NCBI GenBank assembly: GCA_964016885.1 | Contig: OZ024744.1 | Coordinates: 44,702,001-44,766,000 of the forward strand | Reading direction: 5' to 3' | Source: Eledone cirrhosa | Taxonomy: Eukaryota | DNA length: 64,000 nucleotides | Shown: positions 1 through 12,487 of the stretch, piece by piece | Layout: each line of letters starts with the position of its first letter | Position numbering within the stretch: position 1 is the stretch's first letter | Program-made: the position numbers and the translations under genes | Notes under the pieces: generated by a model | Database searches by the model: none | The model's input: only the letters and a program-made list of their open reading frames with translations | What the model was told of the DNA's origin: nothing

Positions 1-43
<43 letters not shown>

Positions 44-253
44 CACACATATATATAAGTATATATAAAATAAATAAATAAATAAATACACACAGTCAGA
101 CAATTATGCACACATATATATATATACATACACACATCTCTACAAATATATATACACACATACACACACACACATACATATATACATACACACATACATA
201 TATATATAGACATATATATACACACATATATATACATATATATACACATATAT

Positions 254-288
<35 letters not shown>

Positions 289-934
289 CAATCATAGACA
301 CTTATTTACATGCGCACATATGTATTTTTATACTCACATATAAACACCCAAACTACTTACATACTTACATACACATACATTCATCCACGCTTACAAATAC
401 AAATAATTATAGGGGGGGGGGAGGGGATTAAAATTATTAGTGGGAAATAGTAAATATAGGTTTCAAGGAACATAGAATATTAATCTGCATTTAGATCATA
501 ATATATGTTTACATAGTAGTTTCAGTATTAGGAAATGTAAGAAAGAAGGCAAAATTATGCATTTTAATATAAGTAGACTATTAATTAAAGGTTAACTAAA
601 TTAAAATTAGTTAATATATTGATTTCTAAGGTGTATACTACTTAGGTTTATAATATATGAAGCGGAATTTTGAAGTTAAACAGTAGTAGAGTATTAATTA
701 TATCATAACTAAATTAAAATATTAACATTATGGTATCAATATTAGGAAATGAATTTAGTAATAGGGAAAACCAAATCAAGTATTTCATGGGTAGTATAAT
801 ATAAATTATAGGTTAACTAAATTAAAAATTATATATTAATTTCTATAGTATATGTTAATTAGGTTTATAATAATTAAAGCAGATTTTGTATTTTATCTCT
901 CGTAGAATATAATTATAGGTTAACAAAAATTAAA

Positions 935-1015
<81 letters not shown>

Positions 1016-1918
1016 ATTGTAAAGAATATATTAATTAGGTATATATTTAAAAATTTATCTCAGTTTATGATTACATGATATTCTGCAATTCATCTGTATT
1101 GGAATTTTAATTTTAAGCTAATTAAATTAAAATTATAGGTTAACTAAATTAAAATTAATTTATAAATAAATGTCTAAATTGTACATTAATTAGGTTTATA
1201 ATATTAAAAAATATTTCTCTGTTATTGATTACACGATATTTTGTTATATTTCAACTGTAAAGGAATTTTAATAAAAGGTTAAATAAACTAAAATTAATCT
1301 ATAAATTAATTTACAAAGTATATATTAATTATGTTAATAATATTTAAGAGTTTTTCACAATTTATGATTACACAAGATTTTTTAAAACCTCATCTGTATT
1401 AGAATTTTAATTAAATTAAATTTATAGGTTAACTACATTTAAATTAAATTATATATTAATTTCTAAAATATATATTATTAATTAGGTTTATAATATTTAA
1501 ATGTTTTTCTCAGTTTATGATTACACGATATATTTAATTCCTGTCGCTTATTTTTCAAATATTATAAACCTAAGTAGTATACACCTTAGAAATCAATATA
1601 TTAACTAATTTTAATTTAGTTAACCTTTAATTAATAGTCTACTTATATTAAAATGCATAATTTTGCCTTCTTTCTTACATTTCCTAATACTGAAACTACT
1701 ATGTAAACATATATTATGATCTAAATGCAGATTAATATTCTATGTTCCTTGAAACCTATATTTACTATTTCCCACTAATAATTTTAATCCCCCCCCCCTA
1801 TAATTATTTGTATTTGTAAGCGTGGATGAATGTATGTGTATGTAAGTAGGTATGTATGTTTGGGTGTTTATATGTGAGTATAAAAATACATATGTGCGCA
1901 TGTAAATAAGTGTCTATG

Positions 1919-1965
<47 letters not shown>

Positions 1966-2169
1966 ATATATGTGTTTATATATGTATATATATGTGTGTA
2001 TATATATGTCTATATATATATGTATGTGTGTATGTATATATGTATGTGTGTATATATATTTGTAGAGATGTGTGTATGTATATATATATATGTGTGCATA
2101 ATTGTCTGACTGTGTGTATTTATTTATTTATTTATTTATTTTATATATACTTATATATATGTTTGTATG

Positions 2170-2200
<31 letters not shown>
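1..2200. repeat. Long inverted repeat (foldback): arms 1-656 and 1559-~2200 around an AT-rich spacer with degenerate ~150-bp sub-repeats
   Basis: cacagtcagacaattatgcacac (~91) is the reverse complement of gtgtgcataattgtctgactgtg (~2092). ggtttataatat ending at 656 pairs with atattataaacc starting at 1559. The spacer repeats the motif aattataggttaactaaattaaaa...tttatgattacacga. Confidence 0.9.
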
Positions 2201-2203
<3 letters not shown>

Positions 2204-2403
2204 AGTGTATGTATATATGTGTGTGTGTGTGTGTGTGGTATATATATTTATGTGTATGCATATGTATATATATATATATATATGTGTATATGTGTGTATG
2301 TATATCTCTTTATTTATGTATGTCTGAGTTGTGTGAGCGTGTGGTTGTATGTGTATATACATACATGTATATGTGTATGTGTGTGTATATATACGTATAT
2401 GTA

Positions 2404-2436
<33 letters not shown>

Positions 2437-2800
2437 GTGTGTGTATGTATATATATATGTATATATGTGTGTATATATGTGTGTATATATATGTGTCTGT
2501 ATGTATATATATGTATATATATATGTGTGTGTATGTGTGTGTACATATATGTGTATATATGTATGTGTGTTGTGAATATATGTATATATGTGTGTTTGTA
2601 TGTGTGTCTATGTATTTATATATGTATATGTATGTGTCTCTATGTATGTATGTATGTATGTATGTATGTGTGTATATATGTATGTGTGTGTATATATATA
2701 TATATATGTGTATATGTATATATATATATATGTATATCGGTGTGTATTTTATGTATGAGTATATATTTTACTTGTTTATATTTTTTTTAATATATTTTTT
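2200..2800. repeat. Mixed (TA)n/(TG)n/(TATG)n simple-sequence block
   Basis: Directly visible; it produces the spurious YI/CV-rich ORFs. Confidence 0.95.
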
Positions 2801-2963
2801 TTTATTTCTAAATTTATAGATACATTTTATAAATAGGCAGTTCTCTGACACCCTTAGTAATTACTGACCCCCTTACCCACTTCTGCATCTGGATGTATAA
2901 ATATATGTGGCAGTGTTTATGTGTGCGCCTAAATATCCATATAGTTATAATAATAATATATAC

Positions 2964-3009
<46 letters not shown>

Positions 3010-3719
3010 TCGTGGGTATGTATATGTTTATGTGTATATGCGCGTGTGTGTGTGTGAATGTGTATATATATGTGTGTATATATGAATCTATATATGTTTA
3101 TACGCGTATGTGTATTTTATCTGTAGATTATAAACATACAGAGACATTAGCCCTGAATTTTTGTACTTACATACATTTTTTCGACATGCGTATGCATGTG
3201 AACATATATTTTTATGCATATCTGTGGACGAAGTTACTTACATATATACACACACCTAACAGTATTTTCTTGATATATGTTTGTGTATTTCATTGGTCAA
3301 TTTGAACTCTGTTCCCAAACAGACCTGTAATTTTGAATTGTTGTTATTATCAATAAATATATTTCATTATTTCTGAAGACGGCATATGTATGTGTTGGTA
3401 TGTATATTATATTTGATAATTTGTATAATTTTGTATAATTTTGTATAATTTTGTACATAGATCTCTTGAATATGCATACCAATTCTAACACATATATGTC
3501 CTACAAACGATCGTTAAATAATGAACTTTTTTTGTTTAATATAAGGAACTGTTTCATTGTTTTATTCATTATTTTTTTAATATTTTATCTTGACTCCGTA
3601 TTCCGTTTATCTTTCACCGAAAGTGATTTTTGAATGCATCTCTTCTTTCCATGATATCCGGATTACATTGAGTTCTTCATACGGATTGGACACTACCGTA
3701 AACTCTTGGTAGATTTATC

Positions 3720-3764
<45 letters not shown>

Positions 3765-4004
3765 GTGTGTGTGTATATAATTACATATACATATGTGTGT
3801 GTTTAATATGTATACGTGTGCGTGTTTGTGTATGTATGTATGTGTTTTTGTATTTGTTTATGTATATTTATGTATGAGAGTGTGTATGTGTTTACTATTT
3901 CGTACGTATGTATACGTGCTTTTTTGTGTGTATTACTTACCACGCGTGTCTGTCCTGTTAGCTGGGTCATGTATCGCTGTCAAAAATTTTAATATATATA
4001 TATA

Positions 4005-4354
4005 TACGATATTAAATAAATGGAAACTATATTTATAAAACCATATTTATTTCATTATATCAGGGATATCATATTAAAAATATGGTATGCCTTCATCAGA
4101 CAAAATACAATATAAACAGTCTTATAAATAGATAGATTTGACATACCTTAAAGCTTCGATTTAAAAAGTTGATTTTAAAAGTTGATTTTTAAATCGAAGC
4201 TGTAAGGTATGTCAAATCTATCTATTTATAAGACTGTTTATATTGTATTTTGTCTGATGAAGGCATACCATATTTTTAATATGATATCCCTGAAATATAT
4301 ATAATGAAATAAATATGGTTTTATAAATATAGTTTCCATTTATTTAATATCGTA
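4005..4354. repeat. Near-perfect ~165-bp-arm palindrome (inverted pLTR-like unit)
   Basis: 4005-4167 is the reverse complement of 4186-4354, apart from one substitution and a 6-nt indel; the loop is gttgattttaaaagttga. Confidence 0.93.
4247..4310 (+). ncRNA. Minimal type-I hammerhead ribozyme (PLE-type)
   Basis: AUUUUGU-CUGAUGA-[AGGCAUACCAUAUU uuu AAUAUGAUAUCCCU]-GAAA-UAUAUA-UA-AUGAAAU. Stem I is 7 bp with two GU pairs, stem II is long with two mismatches, loop III is palindromic, and AAUAAA follows. Confidence 0.7.
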
Positions 4355-5032
4355 AATATACTCCAAATACTTGTTGAGTGCTTTTATATTAGTTATAAAT
4401 ATTTACTCGTTGTAACCCAACAATTTAAATAAAACTTTGCATATATATATATATATATTTTTTTTTTTTCTTATATTTATTTGCGTGTGTGAATATGTAG
4501 AGGAGTGCATTCATGTATGTGTATGTATGTACGTTTTGTATGTTCGTGTGAATGTATGTATGTGTATATATATGTGTGTGTGTATGGCTATGTTTATGTG
4601 TATGCTTGTACACACACATGTGTATGTGTGTGTATGTGTATGTGTGTATATGTGTATATATATGTATATATATATATATATGTACATATATATATGTGTG
4701 TGGATATGCGCGCGCGTGTGTGTGTGTGTGTGTGTATGTGTGTGTGCGTGTGTGTGTATGTATTAATGTATGTATGTGTATATGTGTGTATATATGTGTT
4801 TGTGTAGGTAAGTGTACGTTTTATATATATGTGTATATGTATATATGTATGCGTACATATATATATGTATATATGTATGTGTGTGTAAGTATGCTTTTGG
4901 GGTTTTTTTGTGTGTGTGTTTGCATGCGTTGTTTTATTTTATTTTTTCTTTCCTTCTCCCTTCTCCAGCCTCACTTTCATATAGATTGCATTTTCGGTTT
5001 TGTAATCCAAATTCAATAAACAAACCAGCTTT

Positions 5033-5092
5033 TTCCGTTCTGATGATTGAAAGCAAAACCTTTTGCTTTTAAGAAACCACTGGTAAATGGAA
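5033..5092 (+). ncRNA. Type-I hammerhead ribozyme, intact core
   Basis: UUCCGUU-CUGAUGA-[UUGAAAGCAAAA cc UUUUGCUUUUAA]-GAAA-CC acu GG-UA-AAUGGAA. Stem I 7 bp, stem II ~11 bp, stem III 3 bp; GUA cleavage site after 5085. Confidence 0.85.
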
Positions 5093-5138
5093 TAATTGCC
5101 TTATGTTGTTTATTACATAATAATAATATATATATATA

Positions 5139-5180
<42 letters not shown>

Positions 5181-5185
<5 letters not shown>

Positions 5186-6010
5186 TCAAAAAATTTCTAG
5201 CCATCTTAGATAGACACTTTCCCATAGGTACTAAATACCGCTCCATCTTTAACCGACACAAAGTAAAACTAGGATACTCCTGCGCTAAGATCATGAAGGC
5301 CCACATCACCAACAGCCCTAAGAGTAACACCCCACCAGGGTGCTCTTGCCGTAAGCTCGAAGCTTGTCCTCTTCAACAGCAATGCAACACACCCGCTGTA
5401 ATTTATGAAGCTGTGGTCACTTTCAACCGACCAAACCAACCACAGGAGGCCAAGTCTTATGTGGGTATGACGGCCGATTTAAGGAACGCTTCCTGAACCT
5501 CCAGTCGACCTTTAGGTACCCGGACAGACGTTCATCCACAAAACCTCGCGAGCCACGTATGGTCCCTCAAGGACTCAAGTATAGACTACTCCATTCAATG
5601 GAAAGCCATCATTAAGTCAAAGCCATACGCAAGAGGAAATCCGTCGTGAGGACTATGTATTGATGAACGAATAAATATTCTAAAGAGATTATGCAATAGT
5701 GATTGCCTAAACACGAGAAATGAGTTCTTCCCACGTTGTCCACACGTCTCGAAACACCTCTTACATAACAACAAAGATCCGGATTGAATCACAAAAACAT
5801 CCTAATTTCCTTATCAATTAGAAATTTTTCGGACTTTTGCAGTTATATCCCTTACACCTCCTGCACGCTTTTTAGTATTGCCTGTGTGAAGAGACGGTTT
5901 CTGCGCATGCGTGTTCGTATCGTTGTCCTTCGAGTTCCGTTTACGAACTGAGGATCCGCTAAGGTGAAACAATTGTCCTCGGTATGGTGAACTAACTGTT
6001 GTGTAACCAC

Positions 6011-6012
<2 letters not shown>
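5181..6012 (+). mobile_element. 5'-truncated Penelope-like element 3' end (GIY-YIG endonuclease pseudogene plus 3' UTR), flanked by (TA)n
   Basis: Translates as FLAILDRHFP..IFNRHKVKLGYSC, CSCR..CPLQQQC..AVIY..KSYVGMT, FKERF, then LCIDER..LNTRNEFFPRCPH across frameshifts; Naiad-like PLE motif order. Confidence 0.85.
5944..5981 (+). ncRNA. Minimal hammerhead ribozyme at the 3' end of the Penelope fragment (partly decayed)
   Basis: CGAA-CUGAGGA-UCC gcuaa GGU-GAAAC AAUU GUC-CUCG. Palindromic ACAAUUGU stem/loop III and a GUC site; the first pairs of stems I and II are mismatched. Confidence 0.65.
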
Positions 6013-6078
<66 letters not shown>

Positions 6079-6368
6079 GGAAAAGAATGAAAAGAAATTT
6101 CATTTCTCACTCTTAGTACGGCTGATACTTAAATGTAAGTACGTATTTATACGTACATACATATACGTATTTATACGTACATACATATATGTATACAGGT
6201 GTACAGTAGTATGTATATATATACATACATGCACACGTATATATATGTACGTATGGGTTGACCGAACATTTATTATAATGTTCGGTTTGTTTGTAAACAA
6301 ACATCCCGAATTAAGCCGTACAGTGTCTAGCAACCATCGCTGCTCATTTGTTCAACACTGACACAGGA

Positions 6369-6411
6369 ACGCTGTACTAGTTTCAAGCTTATTAGCTATC
6401 GTCAGCATCGT
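6369..6411 (-). ncRNA. Minimal hammerhead ribozyme, tandem unit 1
   Basis: Minus strand ACGAUG-CUGACGA-UAGCU aaua AGCUU-GAAA-CUAG-UA-CAGCGU. Palindromic ACUAGU stem III, GUA site, stem I 5/6 paired. Confidence 0.75.
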
Positions 6412-6484
6412 ATACCTTTCTCACAGATGATTGAACGTCTGAAAGTATATAATTTCCTATGCATATTAACGGCTGAGCAGCCTA

Positions 6485-6492
6485 ATTTGCAT
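6485..6492 (-). promoter_or_regulatory. Octamer motif ATGCAAAT ~80 nt upstream of the hammerhead
   Basis: atttgcat at 6485-6492; the same spacing to a decayed hammerhead recurs at 16633-16640. Function is inferred only. Confidence 0.4.
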
Positions 6493-6801
6493 ATCGAGTG
6501 AGCTAGTCGGCCGGGCGCACCGAATACGATAAATGGAAAAGAATGAAACGACATTTCATTTCTCACTCTTAGTACGGCTGATACTTAAATGTTAGTATGT
6601 ATGTATACGTACATACATATATGTATACAGACGTACAGCATTATGTATATATATACATACATGCACACATATATATATGTACGTATAGGTTGACCGAACA
6701 TTTATTATAATGTTCGGTTTGTTTGTAAACAAACAGCCCTAATTACGCCGCACAGTGTTCAGGCAACCATCGTCGCCTTTTTGTTCAACACTGACACAAG
6801 A

Positions 6802-6844
6802 ACGACGCACTAGTTTCAAGCTTATTGGCTATCGTCAGCAACGT
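6802..6844 (-). ncRNA. Minimal hammerhead ribozyme, tandem unit 2 (GUG site, probably inactive)
   Basis: Minus strand ACGUUG-CUGACGA-UAGCCAAUAAGCUU-GAAA-CUAG-UG-CGUCGU. Confidence 0.65.
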
Positions 6845-6915
6845 ATACTTTTTCTGTCAGATGATTGAACGTCTGAATGTATATACTTTCCTTATGTATA
6901 TTAACGACTGAGCAG

Positions 6916-7006
<91 letters not shown>

Positions 7007-7055
7007 TATGAAAATAAAACAAAGAAGCTTTCAATACATCAAAAGTCTTTATTAG

Positions 7056-7091
7056 CCAACAATGTTTCGTCCTATTAAGGACTCATCAGGG
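7056..7091 (-). ncRNA. Minimal hammerhead ribozyme at the Penelope 3' terminus
   Basis: Minus strand CC-CUGAUGA-GUCCU uaau AGGAC-GAAAC auu GUU-GG followed by cUAAUAAA. Canonical core and perfect stem II; stem I is weak. Confidence 0.8.
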
Positions 7092-8749
7092 AAATCAAAA
7101 CCACAAGAAGTACTATCGGCCAATACAAGCCGAAAACTCCGAAGAATATGGAGTGTACTTACACTAAAGTATTGGAAGATTATAAAAATATATAATAAAA
7201 ATCACTAAGGAGGTGTATAACATTTTGAACCATATTACAAATATAGTCCAAAGCAAAAAAAACCTAGAGCTAAATAAAGGTGGTTATATAGAGCGGGAAT
7301 TATATATAATACAATATAATATAATATAATATACTTGTAACAATATTAAAATTAAAATCAAAAGGCACAATATACATATATATATATATGTACGCACACG
7401 TACGCATATATACATATACGTCAATACACATATCCATCATTAACAGCACAAATTAAACCTTATTAAGAGTTTAAATATAAATAAGCATAGTAAGAATAAA
7501 AATAATAATAATACGTATATCTAATATACATGAAGTAATGGAATGATTAAAAGTAACACATATAATATATAATAAACTATATAATTATATAATATATAAT
7601 ATAATATAATATAATAGATAATCTCCGGTTAATTTACACAAACAATATAGATGTCACAATAATACTATAATAATAATATAATAATATATATAATATATAA
7701 TGGCATGTAAGTTAACAAATCAATTCATATAGAGTTACAGAGTAGGTGAGAAAAAATATAAATTGTACAATACCCAAAATTATGATGGTACAAAAATATA
7801 AACATCTTACATGATATATAAAATTTAACATATCATAATGGTACATAAAATCAACGGTAAGTAATAAGGATCAATAGTACAATAACAATATAAAATAATG
7901 AACATAATATAATATATAATTACTTATAATTACAAGGTTGGTAAACAGACATATATGTGGATGAGTGAGTAAGGGCCAGACAGTAAATAGAATGCACAGT
8001 AGTATTAATAAATAAATATAAAATCAACCGGAAATTAAAAAACAAAAACAAAAGTATTTACTTAGGTCTCACATGCAGTTAAGTAAAAACAACCCAGATA
8101 AATGACTCGAAAACCCTATTTGATAAATTAATATTGAAAATATTTAAAATACCCAATAAGGCAATACAATATTAGCTATGGTTTAAGTAATCAAAATTCA
8201 TAAACATTAATAATTCACTAAAAATATATATATAAAGGAATGAAATATTCTACTATCATTTACATAACGATATCTAAAATACTGACTTAAGCAGAATTAT
8301 GGTAGGCTAATAGGGACAGAAAGAAAGAAATGTATGGAGAATACAAAGGAGTATAAAATCATAATCAATATACTGTATTATATAATAGAAAGGAGCATAA
8401 AATAGGGGGGGGGGATTAAATATAATCATAATATATTTGAAGGGATTGACAATAAGTTTATGTGTGCATGGGGGGAGGGGGGGTTATCCAAAGAAGAATC
8501 CAAATAAAATAAAATAAAATGAAATAAAATAAAATAATATAAAATATATAATCAGATATATACTCATAAGGTGTTAATAGTGAAAATTTAATGTGTAAGA
8601 AGATAGATATGGTATAGTAGCCAAAAGATTATGAGAGCTAGAATAAAAAGTTGTCAAAAACCAATGATAATAATGATGATGATAATGGTGGTAAACAAAA
8701 AGAACCTAAACTAAAAAAAATAAGTAATGGAATATATCAGCTAATGGAT

Positions 8750-11350
8750 TCAATTTATACTACTAGAACCTTTAGGTTTATAATAAAAGTAAGAATTAGA
8801 AATAGCATGGGGGCAAGAAGAGAATATCTCAGACTTTCTATTAAGTAAGGATTCACTAGAGAAAATTATAGTGTGTATCGAGGATACAGAGATTACAAAA
8901 TTTAGTATGTGTAGAAAGGTTATTAGAGCGTGCTACTAAACGCCAATTAAGGCTATATGGTATATTAGCCCCCTTAAGATCCCAGATATAGTGTGCTAAA
9001 GAAGTAGAATTCTTAAACTTAACATGTTTGAAATTAGAGATATGAGAATTAAACCTAGTCTTAAAAGTGTTAGATGTAGAGCCTATATAAGTTCTATTAG
9101 AGGAATTAGTTATAACTACGCAAGCATAGACGATGTTCTTAGAGAGGCAGTTACCGTTTAAAGGGCAGTTAGCACTCACTCTACAGTTACACTTCCGGGT
9201 GCTATTGGTTGGCTGAAGTAGTGATGCATTACACGTAGGATTACTATTAGATAAGGTCTGCTCTGGTGGTAAGGCATTTCCAGATCTGTTCAGACTAGTA
9301 GTATGTAGAGAGGAGTATCCATCCCTAATTTTCCTATTGTTAGTGCTAGCTAAATGAGAACTAATATTAGGGGTGGTAGAGAATGAAAGTTTAATAACAT
9401 TTTTATTAAAAATACTATGGTATTTATGAGAAGGGGGGAAATTTTTCTCTAAGATAGAAAAGAAAGACCTAGGGATATCAGTTAATACTTCCTGATTATA
9501 TGGCGGGTTAAAATAAGTATTTAGTCTCCTTCTATTTTTATCCTTACCGACTCTACCATTATCTAATATCCCATTATTAAGACTAGGGTTATTACAAGGA
9601 TTAGTTAAAACCGCATTATTAGAATCAGCCAAAATTCCATTAAGTCTCTTACTGTTTCTACGTCTAGTAGATCTGCTGCCGTCTGAAATCCCATCAAAAG
9701 GATTAGGGCCAATAATAGGATCAGTAGAAACAACATTATTAGAATTAGATCTAGCAAAATCATCACCAATGAGTGAGCGCTCAGAGGGTTCGACTTGTTT
9801 CCTAGAGGTATTATATTCCCTATTACGAGTCCGGTGGGTTAACTTATGGATGGGTTCAGATACACCTATGCAATTTCTACGGTTATTATGCTTCCCACTC
9901 CCATTCATGGCCATGTTATGTGATATTATGTTATTATTATTATAAGTAAGCGGAGACTTTCTAAGGTTACTATCATTATAATGTATTTTACTAGAGTAAC
10001 CGGAATTAGCTAGGGCATTATTATAGTACTCCGCATGTTCATTAAATGTTCCTACGTCCTTAGAGAGTGTGGAAATCCTATTAGATACACCCTTAATTAT
10101 AGAGCTTATCATAGATTTGGGGTGGTTAGAATTGGGACTAACATAAGAAAGTATTTCATTAGGCTTATGGAAGGGTTTAAAACTATTAGTGACCAAGTCC
10201 AAAGTCACATCTAAAAAGTTGACCGCTCTATCGTTTCTATCTATCGTGATCGAAAGGTTATAGCTTTTAAAAAACTTATAAAGCTTCTTCTTATTATGCT
10301 CGACATTGTTGGTGCTAGAGTTAATAACAAACAATGCATTATCACGATATAGTCCGCCATTAAGGTGCGGAAACGTAACTATAGTTCATTTAGGAGGAAC
10401 AACCCAACAAGATCAGTTACCTGGGCCGAATCACTCGAACCTATTGTAACGTCGAAATTGTTGGGCGTGTTTTTACGGGTCCAAAATGTGTCCTCAAAAT
10501 TAATAATAGTTCTACGGGCTGCTAGTATAATATCTACCTGTGATCGTGTAAGGCTGGACACTCTAATGGCCAACATTAAGGAGGATGGGTGAAATCGATG
10601 TGTAGTAGGCATCAATATCGAACTGGATAAACTTATTAGATTCAAGTTTATTAATCCCAGAGAACCAATCTATAACTTCCTTAGTGTTCCCCCATAGGTT
10701 AAAATTCACTTTATCCCTAACATCTGGTATAATAAGGTCAAGGATTTGTTTTACTGATTATGGCTATATCGGACTTAGAAGGACAGATGAGTCTAACAGA
10801 GGGGTTACTAATGAAGTCTACCTTATGATCCTTAAGAGTGAATCTCGGTCCTTAGGGTAATATGGCTGGGTATACTTATCAAGGCCGAGGTCCGAGACTA
10901 TTTTAAGACCCTCACTATTGATATGGTTCAAATTATCTAGCGTAGTCTTTTTATAATTTCTATGCAGCTCCTTATAAATAAAGTCACGGTAAGCACTGTA
11001 ATCCATAGAGTATAGATTCTTAGTCTTATCCGCCGGGACAAGAATAGACTTATTCGCACTAAAACCCTTAACAATATTTTTAAGTCTAGACTGGAACTTA
11101 TCAAATTTATTATAATTTCTATGTCTATTATTTGGCCTATACTTAATATTTTTGACAAGAGAGAGTAAGTCACTTTCAAAATTATCTAATAGAACATTAT
11201 GTGGTGGGCTCTTATAAGTTTTGAAGCCATAGTTATTAAAATTTGTTCTATTCCTGGGGTCCTTCCTATTCCTATTATTATCATAGTGGAAAGCACGCCA
11301 TCTAATCCTCTTTACAAAGGAGTTAACACTAGCAATCAATAGTTTTTCGT
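8750..11350 (-). pseudogene. Penelope RT + GIY-YIG endonuclease ORF, frameshifted
   Basis: FVKRIRWRAFHY, VPADKTKNLY, FDVTIGSSDSAQVTDLVG, GLYRDN (from YRDD), NFLDVTLDL, SNHP, CNCR..CPLNGNCL..IVY..YIGST..FKTRF..H, CNLC, and after a frameshift LLNRKSEIFSSCPH. Confidence 0.9.
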
Positions 11351-11374
11351 AAGTATTCTTATATATATATATAT

Positions 11375-12439
11375 ACATATATAAGAAAGCAAGTCCATGG
11401 AACCATTTGATAAAATATATACTGTATTTCATCTCCCAATCAGCATAATCAATCACATAAAAAAATCAATTAAAAGAGGCTATAAGTTTAAAATGTACCT
11501 ATGAAGAAACAATAGATAAATAAATGATAGCTATTTTATCCACGATCCACAGCCACAGAAGATTTACCTAGTATTTCTAATAGCCTGTAGAAATTGACTT
11601 GACATATAGCTAACCATACACAATTAGGTACAAAATCAAAGTTAGAAGAAAATGTGTACATAAACATACCAAAATCATGTTTCTACCCCCAGAGATTTGA
11701 TTCGCTTTTTGGAAATATCCGATCATGGATAAATCAACGAGTTTCGAAATCATCAGGAAACAAACTCAATTGGACAAAGATTTTTCCTAAATGATCCCCG
11801 CCAGAAACGAATTCAAAATGGCTAAGAATTGTCACATGGCCAGTGGTCAAGTCAGAAAGCTCGTGATTGGTGCCTGATGGCGAGTAGGTTGGTTGCTGGA
11901 AAGCACAGCCGAATGCTGCCTAAAGTTTTACTCAACCTTACGGAAGTATATACAATATAGAGGTTTACATATACATAAACTAGACAGAGCCATATATATA
12001 TATATATATATATATGTTTTTGGCAACCATTCACGGTGTGGCTCAATGAAGAATTAATTAATTAAATAATCAACAATCAGAGCAATATATAAGAAAGTAA
12101 GTCCATAGAACCATTTGATAAAATATATACAGTATGGTTAACTATATGTCTAGTCAATTTCTACGGGCTATTAGAAATACTAGGTACATCTTCTGTGGCT
12201 GTGGATCGCGGATAAAATAGCTATCACTTATATATCTATTGTTTCTTCATAGGTACATTTTAAACTTATAGCCTCGTTTAATTGATTTTTTATGTGATTG
12301 ATTATGCTGATTGGGAGATGAAATACTGTATATATTTTATCAAATGGTTCTATGGACTTACTTTCTTATATATTGCTCTGATTGTTAATTATTTAATTAA
12401 TTAATTCGTCATTGACCCACACTCTGAATGGTTGCCAAA

Positions 12440-12487
<48 letters not shown>

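Larger units (their letters stand above)
6073..6918 (-). repeat. Tandem ~433-456 bp repeat (1.9 units), each unit with a hammerhead ribozyme: retrozyme/pLTR-like non-autonomous retroelement
   Basis: Units start ataaatggaaaagaatgaaa at ~6072 and ~6529; flanked by (TA)n on both sides; no coding capacity. Confidence 0.8.
7006..11360 (-). mobile_element. Penelope-like retroelement (Naiad-like), 5'-truncated, with ~1.7 kb AT-rich 3' region, between (TA)n tracts
   Basis: RT plus GIY-YIG coding fragments at 11350->8750; hammerhead and AATAAA at the 3' terminus; (TA)n at both borders. Confidence 0.88.

Noticed and set aside
3366-3420. CUGAAGA followed by a hairpin (possible hammerhead)
   Set aside because: No GAAA after the stem (GUAU instead) and poor stem I.
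106-5019. Many 60-200 aa ORFs rich in YI/CV/HT (also at 13.6-15.0, 16.7 and 28.6 kb)
   Set aside because: Translations of (TA)n/(TG)n/(CA)n microsatellites, which lack stop codons.
11734-11759. Minus-strand CUGAUGA-UUUC-GAAAC-UC-GUU
   Set aside because: No stem II and only a 2-bp stem I; at best a deleted remnant, so not called as a ribozyme.
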